NCBI GenBank assembly: GCA_035221665.1 | Contig: CM069134.1 | Coordinates: 89,714,001-89,778,000 of the forward strand | DNA: 64,000 nt | DNA from: Okamejei kenojei | Lineage: Eukaryota | Direction: 5' to 3' | Part shown: piece by piece, positions 25,450 to 36,879 of the stretch | Position numbering within the stretch: position 1 is the first letter of the stretch | Layout of the letters: each line of letters starts with the position of its first letter | Made by a program: the position numbers and the translations under genes | The notes under the pieces: model-generated | The model's input: the letters and a program-made list of their open reading frames with translations, nothing else | Database searches by the model: none | What the model was told of the DNA's origin: nothing

Positions 25450-26399
25450 CAAATCCTTTGACCAGTTACATTGCTGAAAATGTTTGATGCATTTGAATTT
25501 TATTCTTGCTATTCTGAAATGTAATATGTGCTGCATTGACAAGCTGCTCTTTTCTTGGAAACACTGACCTGGATTTTTCAGGTCGGCAGCAAAATAACAC
25601 TGCTGCTTATCGAGAAGAAGGCTGTCTTATGTGGTCTTTGCCTTTGTCCTGTGTTAATTTCATATTGTGGATCTCTGGGATTTCTGGTGTTTAAGCAATC
25701 TGAACAGATGCTCATAGATGGCAAACAAGAAGTAGAGTCCCACCATTTCATCAACATTTTGGAGATGACGAAATGAAGACAGCGTAGAATACCAGTCAAA
25801 TGTGAAACAAAATTATTTAGCAATAGTGTAGTTCACCGCTAAACGCTCAGCCATATATGAAGGCACAGCAAATTCAACAGCAAGAATAGTTTGTAAATAA
25901 TGAGGTTCACCAATTCTTTAATTGCCCTAATGAATAATACTACTGCAGCCAGTGATGGGGCAGCAACTTATACATTTCAACATCAAACGATAGATGTTTG
26001 CACTGCACCAGTTGCTGTCATATTTTCTTCATTATAACAATGAATGCTGACAGTCTGTTATTGTCATCGCAGATTCTAGGCCATTAAGATCATTTACATA
26101 ATTGTGCAGAAATCTTTTCTATTCAGTTGAAATAAGGAACAAGATTTTATTGTCTGTTATCAAGGCAAGACAGCTTTATTCAAAATCAGCTTAAACTCCA
26201 GCAGCAAGTCATCTTGATTTCCTATACTGACCCTTGAATTTTACAACACACATATAATGCTTTTTGGTTTGACTTGAATGGATGATGAAGTACATTAAAT
26301 ATCTCAATTTTTCAGTGATTTAGCAGAATAAATGTTTTGGCAAACATTGTTGATTCCTAGCTTGGATTCACCAAGTAAGGCAGTCAATTTAGAAATCTT

Positions 26400-26666
26400 G
26401 GCAGGGAAACCCGCCCTTTGACCCACTGAGTCTCACTAACCATTAAATACCCTACATATAAATTCTCATTAAACTCCTGCACCAGATTCTACCATTCCCC
26501 CTGCCCATAAGGGAAACTTTAGGCCAATTAATCTATCAACCTGCAGGTCTTCGGCATATGGAAGGAAACTGAAGCACCCACAGGAAACCATATTCACTGG
26601 GGGAACATGTAGACAGCACCTGAGATCAGGATTAAACCCAGGTCTCTGGCATTGTAAGGCAGCAGA
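26400..26666 (-). mobile_element. tRNA-derived V-SINE (HE1-like), degraded
   Basis: ggaaggaaactgaagcacccacaggaaacc…caggattaaacccaggtctctggcattgtaaggcagc is the antisense V-domain plus B box. Confidence 0.65.
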
Positions 26667-27189
26667 ATTATAATATATCTAAAATGAATATAGTTAGTGG
26701 GCATATATGCCTGCTTTGGTTGAAGCACCTTCCCTTGCAGCATATGTCAATCACGCGAGGTTTTGGGCACAGATGCAAGAACATTAAATGTTTTCACTGT
26801 CAGCAGTGCGCTACCTGGAAGTGAGATTTTTTTGGTGGTGGAAGAGGGGGCCAATGGCTGCAATAGCAGGGCCATTAGATGGGCAGATAAGTGATGTGAG
26901 TGGCCGGTAGTGGAGTGTCTACCAGGAAAGAGACAACCGTCAAGACTTTGGCGATTGAGGTCTTCATTATTGTGCCTTGGATTATTGGTTGGGGCTATGG
27001 AAAGGCGTTCGGGTAACATGCACGTGTGGTTTGGAACCAGCAGGGGATCAGTGGGTTAGGGCTGAATCTCAGAATCATATAGCTGGTCAGAAAGATCAAA
27101 GGTAAATATTGGATTGGCCTTATTGCTGTCGTTAAACATAGTTCTCTCACGAGTGACCAACAGTGTTTGCTTCCAGCACGAGTCAAAGT

Positions 27190-27430
27190 CTTACAGCGTG
27201 GAAACTGGACCTTCAGTCCAACTTGCCCATTCAGGCGAACATGTCCTATCTACACGAGTCCCACCTGCCTACATTTGGCCCTTATCCCTCTAAACCGAAT
27301 CTATCTATGTTCCTCAGTAAATGTTTCTTTAACATTGCGATTATACCTGCCTCAACTACCTCCTCCGGCAGATCGTTCCAGTCAACTACCAACCTTCTTG
27401 TGAAAAAGTTACCCCTCCGGTTCCTATTAA
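27190..27430 (-). mobile_element. CR1 3' end fragment
   Basis: RGNFFTRRLVVDWNDLPEEVVEAG followed by 3'UTR. Confidence 0.8.
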
Positions 27431-28876
27431 ATAGTTCCCCCCCCCCCCCCGCACCGCGGTGGGGGGGGGGGTGGAGGAGCAGCATGGACTCAACGTGCAG
27501 GCGGGGGTTGGGGGCAGCGTCGGAGGAAAGTTCTGGAAATTTTTTATTAAACGGCAATCAATCTTTGAGTCAATGAATAGATTCGACTTTGACTGGACTC
27601 CACCTCCCCGTCACACACTCCCCCCCCCCCCCCCTCCCCCCGTCACACATTCCCCCCCCCCCCCCCCCCCCCCCCCGTGCGGCCCAGTCGGACTGAAGAT
27701 GGTGGCGTGAAGCAAACTCTTTCAAGTTGCTGCTGTGGGCAAAGCCAAACAATATTCCACCACTCATGTTCCCCCAACGCAACCCATTCCCACCACTCAC
27801 CTGTTCCCCAATGCAATATTCCACCACTCACCCATAGCCCTCAACTGCGCAGGCGCGGCTCATTTCCCCTCATCCCCATCACTCTCTTCCCCTCCTCTTC
27901 ACCCTCCCTCTTCTCTCCCCTCAACTCCCTCTCCTTTCCCCTACCCTCAGTCACTCCCTCCCTTCCCCTGCAACCCCTATCCTCTCCTTATCCCCTGACC
28001 CGTTGGGCACCGTTCCACCAACACAATATTCCACCACTCACTCGCTCCCCCAAAGCAACCCGTTCCCCCACGCAATATTCCACCACTCATCCATTTTGTC
28101 ATTTTGCCTTTGAAACGAATCTCCTCGAAAACCAGATGCAAAACCGTGGAGATTTTAACAATTATGGTAGGGATTTAACTATTTCATAAATCCACTCCTC
28201 TCTAAATTCAGTCGATTATTTCCCCAGATTTTGAATCAAATTGTTCACAAAACATCAAAAAATTAAAAAATCAAACTGCTGCATGAGTCAGTGCCACCTC
28301 ACAGATATCCAATCACAATGGATCTCATTTACATATATGACATTACAATGGGACAGGGTGGGAGATTGGAACCTTCACATGCTAGTGCCATCTCACGCCA
28401 CCGCTGCCCAGCTGCTGACGTTACTATAACCGTTAAATATTTACATCCTCTTGGAGAAATTTTCCTTATGATTTCAAAAATCAAATCCTCTATACATTTG
28501 CTCAATTATTTCCAGAGATATTTACTAAAATTTATCACCAAACTGACATTTAAAAAAAATATAAAGTTTTCCCAGCTGCTGACCTCACAATGCCTTTGCA
28601 CCTGGTCCAACTGCTCCCTGGCCCCGCCTGGCCCTGCCCCCTCAGCCTGCCTGCAGGCCCCGCCCTCTGACCTCACAATGCCTTTGCACCTGGCCCAACT
28701 GCTTCCTGGCCCCCCAGCCTGCCAGGTTGTTGATTCCACTTTATTTCATTGAATTGAATCTAGTTATTTCTCACTTAGTATCACTAATTCTTAACATTAA
28801 CTTTTAATTTCAAAGAGAGTTAAAAAAAAGTTTTGCTGTCTTCATTAACAGCTGATATCGGACCTGCTGTGTGTGT

Positions 28877-28924
<48 letters not shown>

Positions 28925-30056
28925 TCGGTCCTCCCCTGAATTTCATAGAGCTGCGAACAGCTTTCGTGCATGAAACGCAGACGCTTCATTTCCAGAACAT
29001 TCTGAACGCGTGACGCACGGATGCATTTCGCGCTCTGTCTCTCCCCCTCCCTCATTCTCTTTCTCACCCTCTCATCTCTCCCTCCCTCCCTCTCTCTCTC
29101 TCTCTCTCCACCCCCTCTCTCTCCCCCTCCCTCTCTCGCTCCCCCTTCCTCTCCCCCACCCTCCCTCCCCTAAACCCCATTCCCCCCTCCCCTCCATCTC
29201 TCCCCTACCCCCTTCCCCCCACCCCATCCCCTCCCCACCCTCCGTCCCCCTCCAATCCCCCTCCCCCTTTCCCTTTCCCCCTCTCCCTCCCCTCCACTCC
29301 CTCTCCCTCTCTCTTGCCCTTCTGTATCTGCCCCATTCTCTCTGTCTCTCCCCATTTTCTCTCTGCCTTCACTCTCTACCCCCCCCCCCCCCCCCCCCCC
29401 TTCTCTAGACGTGCCTGCGAGTTGGGGACTAAGCATCAGTGGATAGGGCGGTTATGGGGTAAAAGGAGCAAATTAATAATAATATATCAAGGGGGGTAGT
29501 TAGTGTGTGGGACGCCGCATGCCGCCCCCCCCCTCTCCTCCCCCGCAACCACACGTTGGGGGAACAGATCCAACTGCACTCGGTCTAGTATTTTACTAAA
29601 ACTCTTTGTTTGTGCCGGCAATGTGTCACTCTGCTCTACCTTTTCCTATCTTCAAACGCTACCCCACAGCCTTCACATTCTCACATTTTTCCCATCGAAG
29701 CGATAACATTTTCCTGTTGCATTCTGACCTATATTTCCAAAGTTATTCATGATTTACAGTTTCAAAAAAAGCAAAAACTACTTTCTCAGAGAGCGTGTAA
29801 TGATGGAATGGGAGTGAGGGGAGCAAGAAGACTGAAATGAGGAGGATGGAGATGGGTTAGGGTCTCTCCCTCTTTGCCCCTCTCCCTCTCTACCCCCTCC
29901 CTCTCTACCCACGCCCCCTCTCTACCCCCCCTCCTTCTTTAGGGAGTGGTGAGTATTGGGACCTATGGGTGAGTTGTGGAATATTGCGTTCGAAGACCAG
30001 CCCTCCCCTGTGACATGCGTTGGGGGACGGGACCCAACGGGTCCCACTTGGTCTAG
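27431..30056. mobile_element. Cluster of Helitron-like pieces in both orientations with C/G homopolymers and CT-rich tracts
   Basis: 3' ends CTAG|T at 29585-29588 and 30053-30056, the latter after the hairpin gggacccaacgggtccc. caatattccaccactca recurs at 27750-28090 and is shared with about 18750. Internal boundaries unresolved. Confidence 0.6.
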
Positions 30057-30623
30057 TAGATATGTAGATAGCATTGGGATTATGGAAGAAGCCACACTGG
30101 TTAAATGTCACTTTGGGCATCTCATTTTTGTCTGAATAGTTTGTGCACAATCAGCAAGTTCTGCAACACGAGTAAAGGTTGTTAATGGTATAGGCATGAC
30201 TATTAAATGAGCACAGGATTGTTGAAAGACACAACAGCATTAAAGGAAAACACGGTTAAGGGAAACAATGATTCTGAATAGAAAATTAGTGTTCTAGGTA
30301 AAAATTCTTCCAATTTTGCAATATTGCATTGTGAATCGAAATGAAAATTCTGATGAAACATCTTTAACCTTCAATGTTAACACCATTTTTTCCCCCCTAT
30401 ATGCTGCCTGACTGCTCAGTTTTTTTCTGTTTATATTGCCGTGCAAATATTTGGGTTGCAACAAAAGTAATGAGCTGTGATCTTCACAGAACTTGATGAA
30501 AAGTTAAATATGTTTTTGGTCAAATTATTTTCACACGTATCAAATTACTCAGAATTGATGTATGTAACTCAGTAATAGCTTGGGTTGATCCTCTGGTTCC
30601 AATTTTTTTCTTTAAGTAACCTA

Positions 30624-31010
30624 AAGGGCCTGTCACACTGCGCCGACCTAATTTGCGAGGTTAGAAGAGTTTGCGCTCGACTCAAACTCGCAGCATGGTC
30701 GGCATGTGGTCCTAGTAGTTCACTGTAACTCTCCTTCATGCTCGAGGGAAGATCCCGCATACTCGCGGCCTCAGATTGGCAGTGGAAATTGTTTTCAGCG
30801 TGGTTCTTTTGAACTCGTAGTGCAGTGGAGCGGGGTCACTAGGCAGTTGAAGTAGCCGTAGGTAATCTCCTTTGCTGACCGGGCATTTTAATTGGCTCAT
30901 TGGAGTTTTCAGAACCAAGGAAAACCGACTGGTAATGTTAAATGCCCGCTAAACTTTATTAAAACTTGTCTGGCTTCTTAAAAGTGTCTCCACTCCTTCT
31001 CCCCCCTTCT
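30624..31010. mobile_element. Harbinger-type MITE fragment related to 4346-4887
   Basis: taaagggcctgtcacactgcgccgacctaatttgcgag matches the TIR of the 4346 element; 30660-30780 is the reverse complement of about 4730-4850. Confidence 0.65.
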
Positions 31011-31116
31011 CTTCCCCCCTTCTCTTCCCCCATCTCTCCCACCCCACCCCCCCCCCCCCCCCACTCCCCCCCCCCCCCCCACTCCCCCCCCCCCCCCCCC
31101 CCCCCCCCCGCACTCT

Positions 31117-31692
31117 CATAGAAACATAGAATATACGTGCAGGAGGAGGCCATTCGGCCCTTCGAGCCAGCACCGTCCCCAATCAATAACCTCGCGCCTG
31201 CCTTCTCCCCATGTCCCTTGATTCCATTAGCCACTAGAGCTCTATCTAACTCTCTCTTAAATCCATCCAGTGATTTGGCCTCCACTGCCCTCTGTGGCAG
31301 GGAATTTCACAAATTCACAACTCTCTGGGTGAAAACGTTTTTTCGCACCTCAGTCTTAAATGGCCGCCCTTTTATTCTAAGGCTGTGGTCCCTGGTTCTG
31401 GACTCGCCCAACATTGGGAACATTTTTCCTGCATCTAACTTGTCCAGTCCTTTTATAATTGTATATGTTTCTATAAGATCCCCCCCTCATCCTTCTAAAC
31501 TCCAGTGAATACAAGCCTAGTCTTTTCAATCTTTCCTCATATGACAGTCCCGCCATCCCAGGGATCAATCTCGTGAACCTACGCTGCACTGCCTCAATCA
31601 CAAGGATGTCCTTCCTCAAATTAGGAGACCAAAACTGTACACAATACTCCAGATGTGGTCTAACCAGAGCCCTATACAACTGCAGAAGAATC
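31117..31692 (-). mobile_element. 5'-truncated CR1 with (TTTCTATG)n tail
   Basis: [25 protein letters not shown]…, 3'UTR, and catagaaacatagaa on the + strand. Confidence 0.9.
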
Positions 31693-32237
31693 TAAAGGAC
31701 TTACCGTACACTGTGCCATATTTTACCTTCCTGTTCATCGCCGGTGTGAATTTTATGGAGGTAGAGAAATAAGTCTTTGTGATGGACCGTCTATGAGCTA
31801 TGGACATGTGCATTCTCCTTCACCTCCATTGAATAGTCAGTAGATTAAAGTATTGACCAGCAGCAATTTTCCCAAAAGTCATTAACTTTTTAATAATGTT
31901 GAACCAATTTTACTTTACAATGGAATTCACCCTTAATGAACTATATTCTGCAATCTCAAGCAATATTAGAATTAATTTGCACCATATTACGCGATGACCT
32001 AAAGTTAGGAACAAACTATCTTATTTATGATGTGATTTTGAAAGCTAATTTCAGAAGTATTAGGGCTTGGCGGTTGATCAATCAGCATATCAATCAACAG
32101 ATTCTGTTTTTTAATATCAAATGATATGTGGACAGAACAGGAAGGTGAAGTAGATCCATTATCATAATGGAATTTTAAGGGATCATGATTTTTTTAAAAC
32201 TCTCATGTAAGAAAGAGCAAGTTGATGAACTTTATTA

Positions 32238-33130
32238 TTCTCGCCTTGATTTCGGGATCGTACCCCACTTTGGTGACCCCGACGCTCCATCGTTGTCATG
32301 ATGGAGAATAAAGCTTCCCCCTCAAATGCCAACCCGGCCCTGTCTCTGGACGCGGTCTCGGTGAAATTGCCTACCTTTTGGACCACCCGGCCGCACATCT
32401 GGTTTCAGCAGACGGAGGCCCAATTCAACCTGCGGGGAATAACGGTCGACGACACTCGCTTCTATTATCTGGTGGGGGCCCTTGAGGACACGGTTGAAGA
32501 GGTCACAGACTTCATCGCAGACCCTACGGCCACCGAGAAATACCGCGGCCTTAAGGAGCTCCTGCTTGAGATTTATGGTCTCTGCAGGATGGAGCGCGCT
32601 GCCAGGATCCTTCATATGGAGGGCCTAGGCGACCGACGGCCATCGAGCCTCCTCAAGGAGATGGTCGCGCTGTTGGATGGGCACACGCCGTGCCTACTGT
32701 TCGAGTATATCTACCCACATCTGGACATTGACCAGCCAGTGCTGGTTGCCCGACCTCGGCCTCGAGGGCGCCCTCCCTCACGGCTCCCTCCGCCTGTCCT
32801 CCCACCGGTCCCTCCACCTGTCCCTCCACCTGTGCTCCCGCACTCCCGCACGCAGTCCGGCCGTGCTGTGCGTCCACCGGTGCGTTTCGTACCTCAGGTT
32901 CTGGGGGGGGGTCCTGTGGCGGCTCCCAAGGGTCGGGCCATCCTAACAGTCAAACCCCTCGGCACGGGAATGGTTCAGTCCAGAGGCGGCCCTTAACCAG
33001 AGGGTTTAAAGGCAAGGGTTTTGGGCGCCATCTCTCTCTCATGGACTTCCTGGCGACTTGAGAGACCTAAATAAAAAGGTACTTCCCCTACACCTGGCTT
33101 CTCGCCTTGATTTCGGGATCGTACCCCACA
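32238..33130 (+). mobile_element. Internally deleted Ty3/Gypsy LTR retrotransposon (probably CsRn1/Kabuki-like)
   Basis: 5' LTR remnant 32238-32268 is identical to the end of the 3' LTR. PBS TGGTGACCCCGACG at 32271 (complement of tRNA-Trp 3' end); G-run PPT at 32903-32911; 3' LTR TGTGG…CCACA at 32915-33130. Confidence 0.88.
32298..32996 (+). CDS. Gypsy Gag N-terminus fused in frame to the Pol C-terminal tail (232 aa)
   Basis: AVSVKLPTFW…WFQQTEAQFNLRGITVDDTRFYYLV is Gag-like. After about 32712, HLDIDQPVLVARPRPRGRPP…RTQSGRAVRPPVRF is typical of the post-integrase tail. Confidence 0.7.
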   Translation: MMENKASPSNANPALSLDAVSVKLPTFWTTRPHIWFQQTEAQFNLRGITVDDTRFYYLVGALEDTVEEVTDFIADPTATEKYRGLKELLLEIYGLCRMERAARILHMEGLGDRRPSSLLKEMVALLDGHTPCLLFEYIYPHLDIDQPVLVARPRPRGRPPSRLPPPVLPPVPPPVPPPVLPHSRTQSGRAVRPPVRFVPQVLGGGPVAAPKGRAILTVKPLGTGMVQSRGGP

Positions 33131-34101
33131 ACGTCTTCTATACTTGATTACATTTGCAACAGCTTTTTCCACATATTTTGCTCCAGCTGCTCTGAATGCA
33201 CTGTCCCTTCGTCTCCAGACACCTTTCATTTTCTTAATGAATGATTCTTTACAAATGATTCTAAGCAGCTAGTATTGGCAGCAATTGATTGTATGATTCA
33301 TATATAAACTCAATTGCAACAGTAGATGTGTTTGTATAAATGTACAAAAAGCTTACAATGAAAAGTTACAAGTCCTACTCCAATACTAGTTGGGTTGATC
33401 ACATTCTAGAAAGAAACAAACAGAAAATTATTTATCTAACAAATTGTAATGTTACTATATTGGAACCCAGAGAATCTAGTTTAAATCCATGGAAGGCCAG
33501 TTGACACACTTGTGTTGTTCTATGTATAAACGACCATCTCTGAACAGACTGAAAACCAACACTGGGAACTTCCTCAGGATGTGTTCACTACATCATCAAG
33601 GGATCTCTAATGTGAATTATTGTCCATGTTAAATTGGCAGTCACATTTTACACAGTGTAGGATAGCACTCTGTACAGTAAATGCTACCAAACAAAGGAAA
33701 TCATATTCATTGAAAGGAGAATGATCTTTGCAAATTGAACCGACAGGCAATCAATGTCCCTTGGAAATAATGTCTTGGGACAAATCAATCTTTCTTGGGA
33801 GAAAGGTGGACAATGTTAATTTGGTTGATTCTGAATTTCCTCTTTAGAATTGGCCTACACCTTTTCCCAGGAATAATGGTTCATAACAGTTTTTGTCTTA
33901 CAGACATTTTGAGACTTTTGGGGTTTGGTTGTAATAATAAGATGGGAGTGAACCTATGAATTTAATGTCCCAAATGTTAATGATAATTGAGAGAAAATCT
34001 AGAATTTCTGTAGTCCAACTGCAGTTTCAAAACTTTCAATTTCTTGCGTGGATGCTACTGAGATTGCCTGTATGGTGCAGAAATCACAGATTTCAAGGGA
34101 G

Positions 34102-34205
34102 GTAGACACAAAATGCTGGAGTAACTCAGCGGGACAGGCAGCATCTCTGGAGAGAATGAATGGGTGACGTTTCGGGTCGAGACCATTCTTCAAACTCAAG
34201 GATTT
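34102..34205 (-). mobile_element. Stand-alone Penelope-terminal-repeat element flanked by a 15-bp direct repeat
   Basis: cagatttcaagggag at 34087-34101 and 34206-34220; body nearly identical to 25347-25449. Confidence 0.8.
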
Positions 34206-36339
34206 CAGATTTCAAGGGAGACTAAGTCTGCAAAGAAGCAAGGTTAGGAAACATTTAATTTATTTGCATTAATTATGGTTTAATTTTGTTTGGTTTGTTA
34301 GATGAATTTAAGTTGGAATATTTTGAGTTTGTTTCATTCAAAAATATTTAAAGAGTCTGACATCTTTGGCAGCCAACAAAATTGCTGTTGAGGATTCTGG
34401 CTGGGTTTCATAAGCAGAGCTTGTTTTGACCCATGCATGTAACTCCACAACAATATTCACAAAACTGCTGAGGTTTGGATTCCAAGACACTTCAGGGCGG
34501 TAGGGGGATCTACCACATATAGCATTTTTAGATTCAGGAATGCAGTAGCAGAATCATGCCATTCAAATGCAGTCACATTGTTGTGGAGCATTTTCCTCTA
34601 CTGCAAAAAAACTTACATTTGCTTTCCACCACCAAGGTTTGCTGGATCTCACGTAGCTGACCATTTTATCTCCCTTTGTCATTACCATACTAACATTTCT
34701 GTCCTCGGCCTCCACGATTGCCAAAATCAGCCCACACCCAAACTGGAGGAACAGCACCTTATATTCCAGTTGGGTAGCTTACAATATAACAGTAGGAACA
34801 TTTGAATTCTCTAATTTTAGTTAACTAACTCCAAGCACCGCCCCCACTCTTCCCAATGCCCCACCTGGACTTGATCATTTATCCCCTTTCTTCTCCTTCC
34901 ACCTACAGTGCCTTCCATAATGTTTGGGACAAGGACCCATCATTTATTTATTTGCCTCTGTACTCTACAATTTGATATTTGTGGTTAAAGTGCACATTGT
35001 CAGATGTTAATAAAGGACATTTTTATATATATTTTGGTTTCACCATGTAGAAATTACAGCAGTGTTTAGGCATAGTCTCCCCATTTCAGGGCACCACAAT
35101 GTTTGGGACATAGCAATGTAATGTAAATGAAAGTAGTCATGTTTAGTATTTTGTTGCATATCCTTTGCATGCAATGACTGCTTGAAGTCTGCGATTCATG
35201 GACATCACCAGTTGCTGGGTGTCTTCTCTGATGATGTTTTGCCAAGCCTGTATTGCAGCCATCTTTAGCTTATGCTTGTTTTGGGGGTAATCCCCTTCAG
35301 TTTTCTCTTCAGCATATAAAAGACATGCTCAATTGGGTTCAGATCGGGTGATTGACCACTCAAAAATTGACCTTTTTTTTAGCTTTGAAAAACTTCTTTG
35401 TTGCTTAAGCAGTATATTTGGGATCATTGTCTTGCTGGAGAATGAACTGATGGCCAATGAGTTTTGAGGCGTTTGTTTGAACTTGAGCAGATAGGATGTG
35501 TCCATCAAAGCTGCCAAATAGTACGGATTTTCCGTATTTTGTACAGAAATGCGATAAGAATCCGGATGTATGGATTTGCTTTGTAAAATACAGATTTTTT
35601 TTTAAAATAGGCCCGACTTCCTGTTTCATCTTGCTACCTAAAAAATGCCAGGATATAATAAGTCATGATGTACCTCTAAAAACTATAGTATTTTAAATTT
35701 CAAGATCTGGAAGAGTATTTTTGTAAACTTTGATCTGCCTGTCCCGCTACAGGTTTAAACAGCGCTGTCAGTTTAGCACAGGGAATTTAAATGAACAGCG
35801 CTCTGGGTTCTAATTATAGCGCTACTAGCTGGAGCTCTATTGCATTTACACATAGCGCTATGGGCTTTACACATAGTGCTATGGCCACAGCGCTATAGGA
35901 CACGCACACGCACACACACACGCACACACACTCACCCAATACTAAAATGCCAAGTAACTTCAGAACGTGTTGAATATACAGTGTGTAAAACAAATGTTTA
36001 ATGCCTCCTGTAGAGGCTGCTGCTGCTGAAGCAAAAACGTGCTTTAAATAACATCCAACAAACACACTCACCATAGAGTAGCTCTCTTGAATTATTCAAC
36101 GGCGCCTGCACTTGGCGCCATCTTGATGTCACCCTCTTGCTTCTTGCCACAAACCGGAAATGACACACTCAACGCCAACATACCTCTAACCGGAAATGAC
36201 ATCATCGGCGCCATATAACCATATAACAATTACAGCACGGAAACAGGCCCTCTCGCCATCTTGCAACTAAGCGAAAATCACTGAATGAGCGCCAATTTTG
36301 AAATGAAACACAGTCCTGATCTAATAAAATGTTTATTCA

Positions 36340-36770
36340 CGCTTTATCCACTGGAGTTTAGAAGGATGAGGGGGCATCTTATAGAAACATATAAAATTAT
36401 AAAAGGACTGGACAAGCTAGATGCAGGAAAATTGTTCCCAATGTTGGGTGAGTCCAGAATCAGGGGGCCACAGCCTTAGAATAAGGGGGAGGTCATTTAA
36501 GACTGAGGTGAGAATTTTTTTTTTTACCCAGAGAGTTGTGAATTTATGGAATTTCCTGCCACAGAGGGCAGTGGAGGCCAAATCACTGGATGGATTTAAG
36601 AGAGAATTGATAGAGCTCTAGGGGCTAGTGGAGTCAAGGGATTTGGGGAGAAGGCGGGCACGGGTTATTGATAGCGGACGATCAACCATGATCACAATGA
36701 ATGGCGGTGCTGGCTCGAAGGGCCGAATGGCCTCCTCTTGCACCTATTTTCTATGTTTCTATGTTTCTAT
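36340..36770 (+). mobile_element. CR1 3' fragment with (TTTCTATG)n tail
   Basis: LEFRRMRGHLIETYKIIKGLDKLDAG, then 3'UTR ending ctatgtttctatgtttctat. Confidence 0.88.
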
Positions 36771-36879
36771 CCATCCGAAAACTGTTGCAAGCAAACCCTT
36801 TAAAAGCCAAGCCAATTGGACAAAAACACTTTTGGCTTATGTGTGGGGAGGGATTGGCTATTAGGCTTATGTGTGGGGA

